Shown here: positions 54,503-64,000 of the stretch, one piece after another
How the letters are laid out: every line of letters starts with the position of its first letter
How positions within the stretch are numbered: position 1 is the first letter of the stretch
Assembly (NCBI GenBank): GCA_040954595.2
Contig: CM082595.2
Span: 8,786,317-8,850,316 of the forward strand
Origin: Balanoglossus misakiensis
Taxonomy: Eukaryota > Animalia > Hemichordata
Reading direction: 5' to 3'
Length of the DNA stretch: 64,000 bases
Translations under genes and position numbers: made by a program
The notes under the pieces: generated by a model
The model's database searches: none
Told to the model about the DNA's origin: nothing
What the model saw: only the letters and a program-made list of their open reading frames with translations

Positions 54503-54760
54503 AATCCAAATTTTTGGCCCAATTTTCAGGGTACCCTCAGCTGACCTTTGAAGAACTTACTGATGTACTTACATAACGTAGAAGTTCCCTTTTGGTTGTT
54601 GTGTTTGTACTCGTAGGACATCCATTTCGGGTAGTTGCCTACTTCCCCATATCTCCACATCCAGAGCAAATACAGCCTACGCATTTGAATGGTACAACCC
54701 TGAATAGAGTCTAATGGTCATTATCGCTATGCTTGGACCCCTTCAATGCTGCTTGCAGCT
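54503..54760 (+). mobile_element. 3' fragment of a HINE/DINE-1-like element
   Basis: It resembles the 239-bp repeat (CTCAGCTGACCTTTGA; CATCCAGAGCAAATACAG). It ends in subTIR CTTGGACCCCT, then hairpin GCTGC-TT-GCAGC (54748-54759), then a T-rich flank. Confidence 0.65.
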
Positions 54761-57700
54761 TTAATTATTGTTGAAATCTGTATCTAAGGCCAGAATAGAA
54801 TTCGTTTGTCAACAACAAAAAAGGTCATTTCACATATTATACATTCTCTGTTGACAAGCAGAATACTTAGCATTTCATCTTAATGTTGGGAATAGAATAG
54901 AATTGGATACCAGTAATTGATACACAAGACTAAAAATACTAAAAACATCGCCAAAAGTGTAGTTAATGTTCCTTGAAAAGTTTTCACTCAAAGGTACAAC
55001 CCGATTGAAAATTTTAATGGAGAACAAAAGAAAATGACACCGCGATAATCTTTTTTTTAGTCTTGAACAAACTTGATTCCAGTGATCAAATCCCTGGCCT
55101 TTAAAGACATGAACAAATTAACCGTGACAGTGACTTTGTAATTTTCATGTCATTACAACAGGAAAGTTTTTGTTCAGAGGGCAGTACTTAAAGGAACATT
55201 AGCTGTAATTTTTGGCTATTTATTTACATATTCTTGTTGTGTAAATCTACCATAGCTTCTCATATTTAATGCCATTATCATACAGAAATGTTTAGTATTT
55301 TGCCTGCCAAAACATATCGTACATGTGCAGTAATCATCGTTATTGTTGACAAATGAATTCTAGTCCAGGCTTGATTACAATTTTCAACAATAATAATTCA
55401 CACGATTGTACTAATACAACTTAGTACTTCATCAAGGTTCAGGTATTCACCCTAGAAACTGTACTTGAAATAAAAAGCAAAACTAATGTAGGTAAAATCT
55501 TACAGAGTTCTCCAAATTTTGCCTGGGTTCCCCGTTTATATCGAAGCAGGCCTCTTTTGGGATGATGGCAATGTTACTGGGGTTCTCAATACTAGTACTA
55601 ACGTTCTTCAACTTTTAGCAAAAACATTGGCTGAAGAGTTGCACACACATCATTGCATATTGCTTACCGCAATACAACCCTCCCTGCAAGTGTACACCAA
55701 CGAGCTAGGATAAGAGAAGATTCTTCAGAGCCCACAACATCTTGAGTGAATTTAACTGCTCCAGATTTCTTAATGTAATGTAGATAACCGTTTCCCTGGC
55801 AATTGCTTACAGTTATTATTGTCATAGAGAATGGCCTTCATCAACACCCGCGTCTTAACATTTGGAGTTGGTGAGTTCCCTATGTGTGCCAGGGTAATCT
55901 TTATCAGCACTGTTCATTTGCATTAATCCTTTTGACTACAATTTATTACCTCATTGACCAGTGTTCGTAAAAATATGATAACAATATTTGTAAAAAAAAA
56001 ACTCACATTTATTTGTTTATTATATCAATCAATAACAACAAACAAACACACACTAAACAAGCAAGAAGGAAGAGCCCCCTGTGCTGATAAGAGAGTCGTG
56101 GGATATAGTCCCGGCATGGCCGTTTCTTTTGAGCAAGTTTAAACACTTCACTGCTCAATATGTCTCTTCATCCAGAAGTGTTTGGTACATTTGACATCTC
56201 AGTCATTTACACTAGCTGTGTATCCAACTCTGTCTCCTGCATATTCACGTCCACAATGCACCGGATTTTGTATTTTCCCGTCATCCTTTCACACAAAAAT
56301 AAAAAGCAGAAAAATATATTAACATATGTAATTGCATATAGTCACATACACCATGGTCGATGACCAAAAGATCTAATTTGTAAAACGTTGTCGATTTATT
56401 TGTGAATTAATTACAGAACTACATCACACTGCAGTACTCTAATGAAAGGCTTCCACAAAAGATGTGAAATGATCTTCTGTTTGAAATAGACTTGAAAGTA
56501 GAGATCACAAAGTACACAGTGAGAAACCACAGGCACATTTCAGAAAATGTTTGTAACATGGGCAGTTCAGTATCTGTGCCAGAAGGTCTACGTATGAATT
56601 AATTGCTGTTATAGGACATGTAAAATTGGTCAGATATAAGACGTGTAAAAGAACAGATGTGACCCAGGTCTGGTATTACAGGTGTGTATACAGTGATGTC
56701 ATTTCTGACTGTATAAAGAGCTGTGATCGCATGACTGAAACAGTGGAGTATGAATGATACGTACATGGTGTGTTCGTGTCTGTGTTGAATTGACAAGTCG
56801 TTCAGAATCATGGGTCAATTTAGCCTCGAATACAGGCACAGTTGTTTGTACATTGGTTACAATTCTCTATCGATATGGCTCTCCTCGGTACTGTACATGA
56901 CTTCTATTTAAAGTCTGCACAAACAGTGATTGGACAGGCAAATATTTGAGGCCCTGTCATGTTACCGTGTCTACAGCGCTTTATATAGCTGTCAGCCAAG
57001 CTGCTATAGTCATTGTATATGACTGCGTCACATTGAATGAACTCATTTCGGGTCAAAGGTTATGCCTTTATATGCTGGCAATCCGGACTGCCCTATTTAC
57101 AGACGCATTGTCAGAATGATTACAAAGTAAAACATGCATATATTTCAACAGGTGATTTACCTGAAGTTGCTTATAAAATTATGCTTATTATATAAAAGCG
57201 AATTATATAATAGCTTTATCAATACCAGTGAATTGTGTGACGTCATAGCTTTACATTATTACTGATAATGTATGTGTTATTCGATGGACGCGCGACGCGC
57301 CCAAGAACCAGTGGACGTGTACAATTTCCGACTGAATAACGGAGGATTTCAAACAATGCGAACATTTTAAGGGCTAAAAAAAGAAATGCAAACGTACACA
57401 GAATAAATACGGCGATATTTATTAATTTCCAAATCTGTCCTCGGCTGGCGTTTTGTTTATTTTTTTCTTCCTACGGCTGCAGTACATGTCGTCTGCTCTT
57501 GAATCACGTGCAGTCAACATGGCTCGCTCACGCACGTAAAGCAAACCTCTCCATGATGCTGGATTTGACATTCGTTCACCATACATACCGTGTACCATGT
57601 ACCAAGCAGTCATGTCAACGAAGCTATATGTAAAAAAATATGCCGCAAGTGTCACTTGTCATGTTGTCTATGCGGTACGAAGGGTCGATCGAGGGCGAGT

Positions 57701-58064
57701 TTGTTTATGTATTGCAACCTTCCGAGCGCCCGTATACGTGAACTTTCCTGAGAACGCAAACGAATTCAAATATTCCCCGAGTCCTCCCCAAGATTACACA
57801 AAAATCGAAACTTTTTCAGATATATTTCAGCAGAACCCTTAAATGAATTTTCACATGCGTAAATAAACCTTCATTATTTATTTCCTGATGTTTGAATATG
57901 ATACTAGAAATGTACAGTACACTGACACACCTCGATCAGGTGACCTTTTGTTTACGCATAAGCCATTGCTCTGTTCTCGATCTCCGTGTCCGAGTCTGAA
58001 TTGTTTGCACCTATACTTTTTGAAGTCTGCAAATTCACTGGCATTGACAAAACTATAAAATAAT

Positions 58065-58205
58065 GAGAATAATGAACGCCCCAAAGACCCATAATGGACT
58101 CAAGCACACATTGTGCTCCATAATAAACTCGGCTTCGCCTCGTATATTATGACGCACAATGTGTGCTTTCGTCCATTATAGGTCTTTGGGGCGTTCATTA
58201 TTCTC
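58065..58205. mobile_element. 141-bp near-perfect palindrome (foldback/MITE-like element)
   Basis: The outer 25 bp GAGAATAATGAACGCCCCAAAGACC are perfectly inverted at 58181-58205. Inner stems are ATAATGGAC/GTCCATTAT and AAGCACACATTGTGC/GCACAATGTGTGCTT, with centre CTCGGCTTCGCCTCG. The palindrome is certain; the mobile-element call is inference. Confidence 0.75.
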
Positions 58206-60349
58206 TAAATAGTTTATATGTGAACCAATAAATTGTAAATATAATGTCGTTCAGCAGAGACTGGGACTTCTCCGTCATTTTTATCGCACGTACAGATATT
58301 CTGTTGAAGAAAATAATACTAACATTTCTATCATGCAAGGGTCTTCAGCTCACATAAATAAACTAGGCCTACTTAGAGCAGTTGTTGTCACTGCCAGACT
58401 GTGTTGCATTTGATGTGAAACACCAGTATCCTAACATATAACATGACGTAGGCTACCTGGTCAAGTGAAATTCGAGGAACGTCACAATGTGACGAAAATG
58501 AGAAAATTAAAATAACTGAGAATTTGCCAAAGTTTCATGACACTGTTATAATTTAAATGCTTATATCATATTCATTTATTGTTTATTAAAATTCGTTTAA
58601 TTGCGAAATGAGAACATTTCGTATGTCAGGTCTATGACTTTGCGTACGGGTCACAATCCCGTCGTTAGTTTTGATGTGAAGACCATACAAACAGTATGGC
58701 AGTATTTGTGAGCTATTAAACATTCCCGCCTTGTTTTGCGCTGTTCTAAACTGGTATTGTGCGCCATGTGTTTCCAATAGGGTTCAGTTGTATGCAATGT
58801 TAACTTGGTTTGTGATCAATAGCACAAATATGTACATTTTTATTATAAATACTTGAACATTTTCATGTTAAGGAGACTTCGGCTTTCCCCTCACAGACCT
58901 TTCTTGACGATCTCCGGGCATAGGCGGACAGCCCAGGAAGCATTCACTTCAAGTTTTAAACTTGTACACAAAAGTTAAATCATTGCAACTTAAGTCTCGA
59001 ACTCAGTACACTCAACACAGATTTCTAAATGACACGCCGTCAAAATGATTGGATCTACATACACAGTCAGGACACTAACTCAGTGACAGTCTATAGCAAC
59101 CAACTTCATAGCAACGGCATTGATAAGGTAGAAGAATGACGTCATAGTTCTCGAGTGATTCACGCAAATTTAATAAATTTTGTATATTTGACATAATTAT
59201 TTTTACTTCCGGATTTACGAAGCTCTATTTATAATCAACAAAATCACGAAGGATGTAATAGTGTAATGATTAAATAAAGTATACGAACAATGGAGAAATA
59301 AATAAACAAGAAATTTAAAAAATCAAATATTTAGAGAGAAATAAAACGGACAAACAGCAATACAGACGGTCGATAGGATGCATTGACCATCGCCATTGTT
59401 CTCTTATACAGCGCCCAAAGTGGCTAAGGGAATTGAAAGAAATTACAGAGAGGAGGTACGTGTTTTATAATGGCACAATGCGAAAAATAGTGACGTGTGA
59501 AAAATATTTAACTGCTATCGTTGGTCAGGCACGACTGAGTAGATGTTGACAATACTGTGATCTGTGATGTCACACTGACCTTTGCTCTTACTGACCCACG
59601 TACATTTTATCAATACAAGATTTTGAAACCAATCTGACAATTTCAGGCTGTCGAGTGTTGCTAAACGACGCCTGTTAAATTCACTACTGACCACCGCCAC
59701 AGTTCACAAGCCTTGGACGTCGTGTGCGTCTCTCGTTCGTTCATGCAGTGACGCGCGTGAGGGCGAGAACATTACATTAACGCTGTAATAATGTACAGGT
59801 GAAGAGACACTTTCACCTTTCACAGGGAAGGGAAACATATGATTAGCAATGTTAAGACATTTTTAGAAAGTGCCTTTTATATGATGTTAAAGTTTAATAA
59901 TTACATATAATGTCGCTTTTTGAATCGCTAGAAATTTGAAACACAAACACACAAGCACTGGTTGGTCATAATTGCTCGGAAAATTGAAGTTCTAAAAAAT
60001 GAAAGGAGACAATGATTGAATTGATATTATATAATATTTGAAGCCCAATCGCTCCGCTCATGAATATAGCCTATTGTGAAGGATTGGGGCTGCGGGTATT
60101 GTGGAGGCTACATCCATGTGAAAGATTAAACCATCTTCCGGGTGGGTTGGCGGTTAGCGCATCTTCATTTCCTTTATCTCTTGTATGCACCTACTTTTAC
60201 TGCTCGTGTCATTGTAACGCCATTATACCATTCCTACGGCAGCCTGGCTCTATCTGTGTGAGGAATGACAGACGTCCAGGGAACTTCTTCTTTCATTTAT
60301 ACTACTTAACCCCTGGCGTAATGATATCGCTACGTGGTTGGGCTTTGTA

Positions 60350-61047
60350 TACTTGAAGGTATAGCTCTAGGCGCTGATACGACACTTGTGATGTTAGAGG
60401 GCGTTGTTCAATGTCTACGCTTGAGGTTGTCGGTCGGAAGAGATGTCCTCTGCTCAGATCAATACCTAAGTTCTTTGCTAATCAGATGTATTGTTCTATG
60501 CTGTTTACCGGACAAAAAAAAATGTCTTCGCATCTCTTTATCGCAAACAAATAAGATGGGCCTCCCCTTAGCGTCTTTCCAAAGGTGTGATTAAACAATA
60601 TCCGGAGTTGTCTGGAAAACGTAATATCTCTTGTGTTTTCACATTTCCCAAATCCCCAGCCCTATCACCAGAGAAGAACAGCGCCTTGTAAAATGCTAGA
60701 TCCCTTGCTAGAATGTATATTTGTGTAGTTGACTTTGCGACACCAATCTTCTGCATAATATGATGAAATATACTGTTCATCTTTTGTATAAAGAGTGGCG
60801 GGGCTTGTTATGGTGTTACGTAAGCCTTAGCTTACTCCTCAGACATATTTTAATGTATTTTACAACAATGTATGCCTCTGCTGGGTTTTGTCTTGTATAT
60901 AATGAGATAAAATGTTTTTAATTTGGATACCATATTTCTTAGGGTAGCAGCTTTTAAACGTTTTGGACACTGGCAGGGAGACACGCCGGAATGACCAAGA
61001 TACTGGCACGTATCGGTGTGAACTTGGGTTTTAGCGTTCGTGTCTTT
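60350..61047 (-). pseudogene. Decayed ALOG-domain tyrosine recombinase of a DIRS1-like retroelement
   Basis: Manual translation across stops and frameshifts gives KDTNAKTQVHTDTCQYLGHSGVSPCQCPKRLKAATL (61047-60940, ALOG Zn-ribbon) and NPAEAYIVVKYIK..EE*AKAYVTP*QAPPLFIQKM. It continues ARDLAFYKALFFSGDRAGDLGNVKTQEILRFPDNSG / LFNHTFGKTLRGG..CPVNSIEQYI*LAKNLGIDLSRGHLFRPT..RLELYLQ. The HxxR and Tyr region is absent. Confidence 0.8.
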
Positions 61048-61649
61048 TTGAATGGGATCTGCGGTCTCGCATCTGGCTTTACGAGTTTTGTGTTACATAC
61101 TAGACAGTGGGTGCTTTCACTGTCATTGGAACAACCGAAAATCTAGCAGAAAGCCTATGGGGGAAAATCAAAAGCGTTTTTTGAAGTTGTTGTATTTTAA
61201 AACCAGATCGCGATAAAGTCAGGAATTATCCTTACCTAGGGTTCATACAGCTGTTTTACGTGCATTATCGCAACCACGGCCACTCTAAGGACACAGGTAA
61301 CGCGTTGGCAGAAGAGGCCGAAATTATTAATGGAACTCTATCCAATAAAAACGTGTTTCTCATAATCGTGTACAAATGTAAATGAACTAAATCGTTTCTT
61401 TGCCCAGCCGACTATTATTCTATTTCAACTGCAGATCGCTGTCCTGCACGAGCGTTGGGTGATTGATGGTGATTTGCTGCTCTTTTTCGGCGATGTAAAT
61501 CACAGTCGAGGAGTCAAGCAGTGACCCTGTGTTTATGCATGTGTTCATGTCCGCGTATTATCCGGAGACTCTAGTGGATTCGAAACGGCCTGGCTGACAA
61601 AAGGACACCACTTGAACCAGTCAGTACACAGTAAACTATGACATGTTAA

Positions 61650-63110
61650 GGTGGCACTGCATGAAACCGTCGATACTTTTTCAGAGGCCTATTTCTCATC
61701 AAAGACAAAGTTAAAACCCCCATAAACCATATATATTCTGGAAGCTGAGATTTTGAACTTTTGTTTGAGTTGCAAATATTATTGATCCCCGGAAATGGTG
61801 GCGATTTTGGGTGAAAAAAACACATTTTTTGATATTATGTCATGAAATTTAAAATAGGTAAAAAAGTTGACCATGCATCATGCATCTTAATATGTCATTC
61901 GAAACTAGAGTACACGTGCAAAAAAAACGGTAATTTTGTTTTGCGTTATCTGCTTCCATTGAGGAGTAACAGCGTTTGAAAGTTAGATTTTTAGTAAAAT
62001 TTGATCAAATTCACGGTGAGTTGTATTGAATCAGAGTTTATTCCCGCCAGGGACACTTTATCGACTATCAAAAATACCGTTTTGTTAGATGGGTCATACA
62101 CAATCCCCAGATAAAATTTGAGCAAATTCGGCCTACGCAGAGCTAAGCTATTTTCGTCTGAAGTTGTCAAGAGCAGCGAAAATGCAAACTGAGAAAAACG
62201 GCCATTTGCATTGTTGACACCTATTTGTTAAGCTGTGAACTCATTCAGAAAAGTGCTATTTTGGGGTGATTATGCACCATTTCCGCCAAGACGTATTAGT
62301 CAGGGTGTGGGCCTTTATAGGACACTACACTCAATTTTAATCGAAACCGTTATGAATGTCCGACAAGGGGCTTGTAACTAGCTAAAAATACACACGATTG
62401 TGTGCACACCCCTTGTCCGAGTATGTTTATGGCAGCTACCGCCCGGCCATAGGCCGCCACGCTAATACGGCAAAGCAGCGGTCAGCGATAGCGTGTGCGT
62501 CCTGTAACCACAGTAACTGGATCGAACGCTAAAAATCCAATGTTTTGTACACAGAGATTTTGTACCGTTCACGAAAATCCCTAAGGCTTTTTTCATAGGC
62601 CACGCATGCCAGTCAAATTTGACCTGTTTGTTGAGAACGCACTTCCGCACAGTGTGACGGATCGTTTTTTCGATTTTCGTCGTGCTAAGAAGCGATACCG
62701 GTGGAAGAGTGCGTCCAAAAACACCCAAAATCGATGACTTTTTCAGGTGTGGTACGGGTATGCTGAAATCGTAGGATACAACGATAATATTCGAAAACAA
62801 AATCCATCACGATCTTCCCTGGTTCAAGCAACTAATGAATACGTATCAAGTTTGTTTTTGAGGTCACGGAATAAAAAGCCTTAGGCTTTTGAAATTTGAC
62901 CTAGCTAATTTGCATATCAATGGCGTCAGGGGGCGCGCGCTCACAATCGTGCAGATTTTCAACTAGTTACCAGCCCCTTGTTGGACTCTGACAACGGCTT
63001 AGTCCAAATCGGGGTGTAATGTCCTGCAAAGGCCCATAGCAACGGGCAAAAAGATCCGGGGGACCCATCTTAAAACTTTCATTTTTTATCCAGTTGCAGC
63101 TTACGTGCCT
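61650..63110. mobile_element. Possible TTAA-flanked non-autonomous DNA transposon (Kolobok-like termini), perhaps composite
   Basis: TTAA|GGTGGCACTGCA at 61646 and GCAGCTTACGTGCCT|TTAA ending 63114; both termini begin with two purines. The two ends match poorly as TIRs. The right end resembles TTAA|AGGAACATTAGCTGTAA at 55188. Confidence 0.4.
62306..63038. repeat. Long imperfect inverted repeat, ~105-bp arms (62309-62413 and 62928-63035)
   Basis: GGGCCTTTATAGGACACTACAC...ACAAGGGGCTTGTAACTAG...CACGATTGTG aligns with the reverse complement of the right arm, GGGCCTTTGCAGGACATTACAC...ACAAGGGGCTGGTAACTAG...CACGATTGTG. Confidence 0.9.
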
Positions 63111-63114
63111 TTAA

Positions 63115-63163
63115 TAGAGAGGTGTCCTGATTAGAGAGGTGTCCGTAATGACAGCTTTCACTA
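63115..63163. mobile_element. Terminal fragment of a Tc1/mariner(pogo)-type MITE
   Basis: Duplicated TAGAGAGGTGTCC followed by ..CAGCTTTCACTATA resembles CACTG-TA termini. A possible inverted counterpart AAGGACACC lies near 61601. Confidence 0.35.
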
Positions 63164-63179
63164 TATATTTTTGGGGTGT

Positions 63180-63728
63180 TTTTTGCCGTCAAACTCTTTC
63201 TCAGAACCCTCTACCTCCATTGCTTTGAAATTTGATTTGAAGGTTTCTGGGTGAGTTCTCATGATGATTTGCAAAACCTATGATGACAGTTTTAATGTTT
63301 TGTGGGACACTGTCTTATTTATTTTATTTTTTTTTGGGGGGGGAGGCATATTTTCCAATTTTGATACAAACATATCATAGGTAATTTGGAACTTCCATAT
63401 TTTGTACAATATTTTGTCTTATACCACAAACAATTTTATCTCACGAAGAGCAATTGCCACTAAACCCCTACTGACATTTGTATCCACAGCAAATTCCTGC
63501 ATGCTTACATAACTGGCCAAATGTTAATGAGACCAGCTGTTTTATTTGGTGTATGTACAGTACGCACATCATTGGTAGCTTATGGGTCAGTCAGTGTTAA
63601 CCTGTTGATCTCTCGCTATGTGTGTGTACGTGTGTGTGTGTGTCTGTCTGTCTGTATATGGCCATGTACTCAGGTGTAGACTTTTTCTTGTGTAATCACT
63701 CAATGGGACCACCGTGTCCTTTACACGA
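63180..63728 (+). mobile_element. Degraded HINE-like element 3' portion related to the 36.5-kb element
   Basis: The end AATGGGACCACCGTGTCCTTTACACGA-TTTTT (63702-63733) parallels AATGGGACCACAGTGTCCTTGACGCTA-TTTTTT at 38005-38037, with hairpin CGTGT/ACACG. A (GT)n/(GTCT)n tract lies at ~63618-63655. The left boundary is uncertain. Confidence 0.55.
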
Positions 63729-64000
63729 TTTTTACTTCTTTTTGTGCGTGTATGAGAATGTATCGTTATTTAAATTGACAAATCAGCCCATTATAGCTTG
63801 GTGTATTGCACTAGTCACTATGAAAAGTATTGCCTACCTATCTATCATGGCATAAATAGAGGTGAAATATATAATGGTATGATGCAGCCATCAAATCAGT
63901 TCTGATAGTGCCTGAAGTTATTGAATCAGTTTGAGTGATATGTCTGTTGTGTTCCTGTGCGCTCGGCCCATTTGTTCACATTTTTGCTTTCTCTGTTTTT

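Noticed and set aside
55500-55920. Possible decayed DIRS RNase H-like coding remnant on the minus strand (ADKD/ITLAHIG)
   Set aside because: It needs several frameshifts and shows no convincing motif. A translated search would be required.
55954-60356. Short 60-100 aa ORFs in the non-satellite region
   Set aside because: No recognisable domains or consistent splice structure; lengths are compatible with chance.

Overview
This window is animal repetitive DNA (probably a marine invertebrate) at the edge of a satellite block, and no intact protein-coding gene is supported. 1-30840 is a homogeneous AT-rich ~78-bp satellite with deletion variants and kb-scale higher-order duplications. 30.9-33.2 kb is a 5'-truncated, nonsense-disrupted non-LTR retrotransposon (APE remnant + RT, minus strand), followed by a Helentron-associated (HINE/DINE-1-like) fragment. 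34119-52170 is a homologous but more diverged 80-90-bp satellite in the opposite orientation, carrying a complete 1.5-kb HINE. 52174-54489 is a ~530-bp tandem repeat in which four units carry a tRNA-like Pol III cassette (A-box-like, GGTTCGAGACC B-box in a T-arm hairpin, T6-7 run); it ends abruptly in TTAGGG repeats. The last 9.5 kb is transposon debris: HINE ends, a 141-bp palindrome, a decayed ALOG-domain tyrosine recombinase of a DIRS1-like element and a TTAA-flanked element with a long inverted repeat. Best leads are the B-box cassette array at the satellite border, a possible ~21-kb inversion with a telomeric scar, and the ALOG-YR fossil. All analysis was by eye; no database search was run.
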